This document shows positions 58,771 to 64,000 of a DNA stretch of 64,000 bases, in pieces. Position numbers and translations under genes: made by a program. This DNA comes from Plasmodiophora brassicae (taxonomy: Eukaryota), in the NCBI GenBank assembly GCA_036867785.1, contig CP145415.1, forward strand, positions 310,001 to 374,000, given 5' to 3'. The notes beneath the pieces were generated by a model, which was given only the letters and a program-made list of their open reading frames with translations, made no database searches and was not told the DNA's origin. Position 1 is the first letter of the stretch, and the number at the start of each line of letters is the position of its first letter.

Positions 58771-60815
58771 TGTGCCCAGATATTATACATTGACGATACA
58801 GAACGATGTACCCTGTCTGGGCAGTCCAGTAGTGTGACGTCCTTCAAGCTTCGAGACGTACTCGTTGAGAAGCTCGCTCCTAGCCCCTCGGTCTATGACA
58901 AGCAGCCTGTCGTCTGACTGCTGATTGCCTGTCTGGTGACTATTGTCTGTCTGGTTTATTTCGGGCCGTCTGGCCTCACGCCCTCCACTGCGTCTCCGGA
59001 GTCCGTGACGGTCTCCGGAAGTCCGCGGTCTATTCTGGGACACACACGACTGGTCTGGCGGGACAGCTGACTGTGCTGGTCCGGAACGGATCGGCAATGT
59101 TGGCGGGCCGTGTCGGGACAGGGGTTATGACCGTGAACAACATCATAGGTGCTGCTATGCTGTACGTATGATACACTTCCCTCCTCAAGATAGCGTCCCT
59201 CTTCGTGTTGTGATCTTGGAGCTGGCATGAATGGCATCTTGTCATACGGAATAAACTTGAGTTGCACTATTCCTGTTACAGGTGAACATTTGGAGAAAAA
59301 TTATGTGGGAATCATTCTTCCGTAGGTTATGTTTTCCCCAGTCCGTCACACTCTTTTTTCGCGCGGCGGACCTCGACGTCGTCGTGATGTCGAGCGGCCC
59401 TGAGACCATGACCCTTGTCAAGGTACTGCGAGGCTTGCCTTCTGGCTCACTCGCTAAACCCACTAAAAACCATCTTGTTCAGTGACCATAACTGTGCAAT
59501 GTCTAGTTGCGACGTCGCCGCTTGGTCGAGGCATCTGCCTGACCTGGCGTCTTTCGCTTGACTGGTTTCCTCTGGGACCTGGTTTTCTGCAATGATTGCG
59601 GCAGCATTTTCTGCAATTCTTCCGCCAATGCATGACTCCTATGTCCATTGATGAAAACTTGCACCATTTTGGGCTGATCTTCAATGATGACGCTTGCCGG
59701 TTCCCATGTGGATTCTTCATCGCTGAAGCCCCGCCATCGTATGCGTAATTCCATGGTTTGCTCACGATTCTTACGTGCATCCATTATTTCTTGGATTTCC
59801 CATGTAGCATTGTCATAGGCTATTTGTTCTTTGAGTTCTTCTGTAACGTTGAGCTTCTGATCGCAATAGAATTGGAGTCTACTTCCGTGTACAATGTGAT
59901 GATCCCCATTCACTAGATCTTCGACCTCGAAGATGTAGTTGGAGTGAACCTCAGTAACACGGTATGGCCCTCGCCATTTCAGAAATAGTTTCTCTCCAGC
60001 TCTGAGCGTTTCTGCTCGCAGAACGAAATCCCCTTGATAGACATTTGGTGGCTTCCGATTCCCCGACGCTTTCTCTCGCCGCTGCGCTCTCTGGCGCTCG
60101 CTGAGATCTGCTGCTTCTTTGTGCATCTCATTCAGTCCGGCTGTAAGCTCGTCGGTGAGAGTTTGGATTGTCTCAGACGTGAGTTGGGCAACACTGACTT
60201 GTGTTTCCCGTGTGGGATTCATGCAGACTGCTTCTAATGGGTCATCTGGTTCTACCCCACTGTGAACCTGCACAGGCGCTCGCCCTCCCAGTCTTTGCTG
60301 TGGCCGATGATTGAGCACATGCTCTACCACCTTGATTAGCCATGGCCATTCTTCCTTCTGCCATCGGAGGTCGGAACAAATGGCACGGAATAGTGCCAGC
60401 ACATGCTTGTTGACTACTTCAACCGTTCCGTTGGGATAGTGTATGTAAGCGGTTGTCCAATGTTGCTTAACATTGCAAAGCTTACTGTACTCCCTAGTAA
60501 CCTCAGACATGAAATACGATGCCTGGTCGGAGACTATGATTTCTGGTGTTCCTGACTTGGATCTCCATTCCATCAGTGCCTGTACTGTTGTCAGACTATC
60601 TGGCACAACAGTTGGCACGAGGTGTACAAGTCCCGAGAGGTCATCTCTCAGTACGAGAATCCATTTGAAATCATGTCCTGCCTCTTCCTTTGACGGCATC
60701 ATGTACAGATAATCCATATGGAGTACCTGTCCACGCCTGGTTGCATGACATGCATGGCCTAATGGCCTGGGACACACCTCACCACCTCTCGTGGGTCTGC
60801 AGTGCAGGCAGCCTC
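58771..60815 (-). mobile_element. Gypsy element G, 3' fragment: integrase + chromodomain (59503-60815), candidate PPT and 3' LTR (~58771-59175)
   Basis: CLHC, LHMDYLYM, VSDQASYF, NGTVEVVN, WRGPY, IRWRGFSDEESTWEP; GAGGAGGGAAG followed by TG; LTR limits tentative. Confidence 0.75.
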
Positions 60816-63800
60816 TGTCGAACAACGTATCCACTACGACCAGCAGCACATGCCTGCAGCACGTGAACGCCGTCACGCACTCCGCGACTCCGTGCCCGCC
60901 GGCGTTGGCAACCGTTACACCGTCGGCGACTACGTCGCCACTGTAACGTCCGCCGCACACGCCGTACGTAATACATCCACTTCATTATTGTCCTTCTCAG
61001 ATTAACAGTCGTATAGGCGCAGGCGCTGAGCCCCTACTCGCCATGGCCGAGCGCCAGGCGACGCCTAACACGGATGACGACCCGCTGCGTCATCTGTCGC
61101 TCGAGGAGATCGACACCCGAATTGCCGAAGCGGAGGCAACGATCGCCAGGCAGGAGAAGATCGACCGTCTCCGTGTCCTGCAGCAGCAGCTGGCGCGTCC
61201 GACCAGCTGTCCATCGACCCCGGCCATGCCGATCATCGCCGAGGCGCACAGCCGAAGCGACGCAGGCCGACTGCCCATGCCCAAGTTCGACGGTACTCCC
61301 GACTCGTTCACGTCCTGGGTTCAGACAGCTGCACTCTGGTTTCGCAATCGTGGGTACGCGGACGTCATCGGGATCAACGAAGATGGCTCGCCGACTGCGA
61401 CAACCGGTACGGCACACGACCCAGCTCTCGAGGCAGCCGCGCGCGAGATTCTACTCGTCCACATGCTGGACCACAAGATCGCGTCCGCATTGTCTTTGTT
61501 TCAGGCAGGCTCGGCTGCCAAGTGCTGGCGCGTGCTGTTCCAGGCGTACAGCCCGTCGTCGCTGGCATCGGTCGTGCGCGCCGTCCGCGACCTCGTCACG
61601 GTCCAGCACATGCCCGGCGAGTCGGTCGCCACGTACGCCGCCCGAGTTCAAGCAGCGGCTCATCGCGTCCGGTCGACGGTACCGACCGAGATGCTGTCCC
61701 TCACCGACGCATTGGTCGCCGTCCTCATCTTGGCCAACGCATCATCCGATCTCGACGCCGTCGTCGCTGGCCTGCACAATCGTGCTCTGGACACGCTGCC
61801 CAGTGTCTCCGAGGTCGTCGGGTCGTTGACAAGCGAGGAGATCAGGGTCCAAGACGTGCGGGACCGACACGACGCGTTCCAAACGGCCAACCGCTCCAGT
61901 TGCGCCACATCGACGCGTCCCCGTGGACCACGACGCAACGAGTCCTGCGTCTTCCATCCCGGATCCAAGCACACTAACGGCGAATGCACGCTGCAACGAC
62001 ACATCTGGTACCGCGACAGCAACGCGAAAAGCAATACATCCTCACCAACGTCCAACGAGTATCCAACGTCTGGCGCTCATCCGATCGATCCGGCGCCCGA
62101 GCCGATGCGTGCTTTGTCGGCACGCCACGCCATCGACGTGTACGCGAACTCAGTAGGCCTACTGGACTCAGCGTGTTCCACGACGATGACGCCCCTGCGC
62201 CGACATCTCAGCTGCTATCGCCAAGGCACCGGACCGGAAGTTGAGCTAGCCGATCTGTCGCGTACGACCACTTCCGGTCGAGGCGTGACGTCATTCGGCA
62301 TGGATGTCCAGGCGACGAGTATCGATTCGCTGCACGTTCCCCGACTTGGCCAAGCGCTAGTATCAGTTGGCCAGCTCACCAGATCAGGTCACAAGATCGT
62401 GTTCGACGGCGATACCGCGAAGATCTACTCGGGGGCCAACTGGACGGCGCCCGTCGGTCAGCCAGTGGCCGTCAGTCAACGAGGACACGATAACCTGTAC
62501 CGGATTCCATTATCCGCTCCAACCTCCGCGCCCGGCACACTTCACTCTGCCCGAGTCTGCTCCTTGATCGCATCCAGCGTCTCATGCCGCGTCGCTAAGG
62601 TCACCGCCGCAGCTCCAGCTGTCTGGCACGCTCGAACCGGCCACCTGGGTTACGGCAACCTGCGCATCCTGCACAAACGTTGTCGTGGCATGAAGTTCGA
62701 CGGGCCAATCCCGAGGCCGCAAGATCGATGTCCATGCGCTGCATGTTTACTCGCCAAGGGCAAACGGTCATCATTCCCTCCCAGTACGTCGCGCGCGCGT
62801 CGTGTTGGCGATCTCGTCCATAGCGATCTGTCCGGACGGTGGCCTGTCGTCGGTGTCGGCGGCTTTGAGTACTACCAGACCATGCTGGACGATTCCTCTC
62901 GGTACCTGTCCGTCTATCTGCTACGTCGCAAATCGGAGGCGCTCGACGTCATCAAGCACTATGACGCGCGTCTTCGCAACCAGGAAGGACGTGGTATCCG
63001 GACGTTCCAGACCGACGGTGGCGGCGAGTACAACTCCAAGGCGTGCGTCCTGTTCTACAACGAGTCCGGCATCCTGCACCGCAAATCTGTCCCGTACACG
63101 CCCGAGCAGAACGGCCGCGCTGAAAGCGTCAACCACACGCTCTGCGGTATCGAAAGCTCAATCCGGTGCCACTCTCGCATGCCTGACTCCACGTGGCCCT
63201 GGTCGCTGTCCTACTCTGCGATACTGTACAACATCCACCCGAGATCAGTCCTTCCCGGGCGTCGCACATCGTTCGAGGCTGCTCGTCGCGCCCTACCTAA
63301 CATCTCGGCCCTTCGTGTCTACGGTTGCGATGCCTATATATGCCATGCGACCGCATCCAGCCACGAAGAAGCCGAGCAAGTTGGAGCCTCGTCGTGTTCG
63401 CGCTGTGTTTATCGGTTTCACGCCCGGCATGAAGGCTTGGCGGTTCTACGACGTGGACCGGGAAGACACGTTCGAGAGCACGACTGCCGAGTTCCTGGAG
63501 ACCTCGTTCACATTCGGCTTTGGAAGATCCAGCCCTGCTAGTTCATCATCAGCGCCACCGTCCAGTCCCGAGTCGAGCTCTGCGCCGAACGTTGACACGA
63601 TCGTCCCGACGCCCGTCTCTTCCGACGCCGTCATGGCACCTCTACCATCGACGTCAGCATCCTCTCTCGCAGCATCCCCTCCCGAGCCTCCGTCACCTGC
63701 CGCTGCGTCATCGCCTTCCGAGATCGTCCGACCGTCGCGCTCACCGTCTCCTGATGACGTATCCACCGACGAAGATGATGATGACGCTGAAGATGATCCC

Positions 63801-64000
63801 GACTACGAAGGTTCGGCGTCCAGCAACGACTCTCCCAACGAAGCTGCCGACCCCGACGTCCACGACAATTCCGATGCTGCTGATATCGTTGACCACAATG
63901 TCATCGACGTGCCACGCCCTCGCCGATCGAATCGTCGTCGTCAACCGCCTGGTGAATGGTGGAAGGCGCCGGAGGCGGCCAATCGTTCGTCGACACGGTG
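60816..64000 (+). mobile_element. Ty1/Copia element copy C (runs off window), inserted in element G
   Basis: 5' LTR 60816-60999; ORF 61043-63541 identical in protein to copy A including the TATA frameshift. Confidence 0.95.

Noticed and set aside
37041-60815. Gypsy F (gag-PR) and G (integrase) as halves of one element
   Set aside because: Opposite strands and no shared LTR sequence seen
59503-60960. 485-aa ORF as a single protein
   Set aside because: The N-terminal ~48 aa is read from the Copia C LTR; only the remainder is Gypsy integrase

Overview
Eukaryotic, GC-rich genomic DNA with short spliceosomal introns and flagellar genes, consistent with a zoosporic protist such as a phytomyxid (Plasmodiophora-like; inference only). 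Bases 1-12.6 kb are gene-dense: the 3' part of WDR35/IFT121, a candidate secreted protein, TRAPPC2/sedlin, Tim8, an RRM-like protein and two probable ciliary microtubule-inner proteins. From about 12.6 kb to the end is a deeply nested transposon island. It holds five related Ty3/Gypsy (chromovirus-type) elements with 87-144 bp LTRs, three near-identical Copia copies, two other Gypsy fragments, an intact pogo, a PIF/Harbinger, CACTA-like and MULE-like remnants, and a split 3'-5' exonuclease/transposase-like gene. The most notable signals are: (1) a covarying self-priming (Tf1-like) PBS/R pairing in the short-LTR Gypsy family; (2) a Copia PBS complementary to the anticodon arm of tRNA-Asn, implying half-tRNA priming with a non-Met tRNA; (3) hydrophobic membrane-like segments inserted between protease and RT; (4) a conserved -1 frameshift pseudoknot; and (5) a HIRAN-like cargo ORF in a pogo element.
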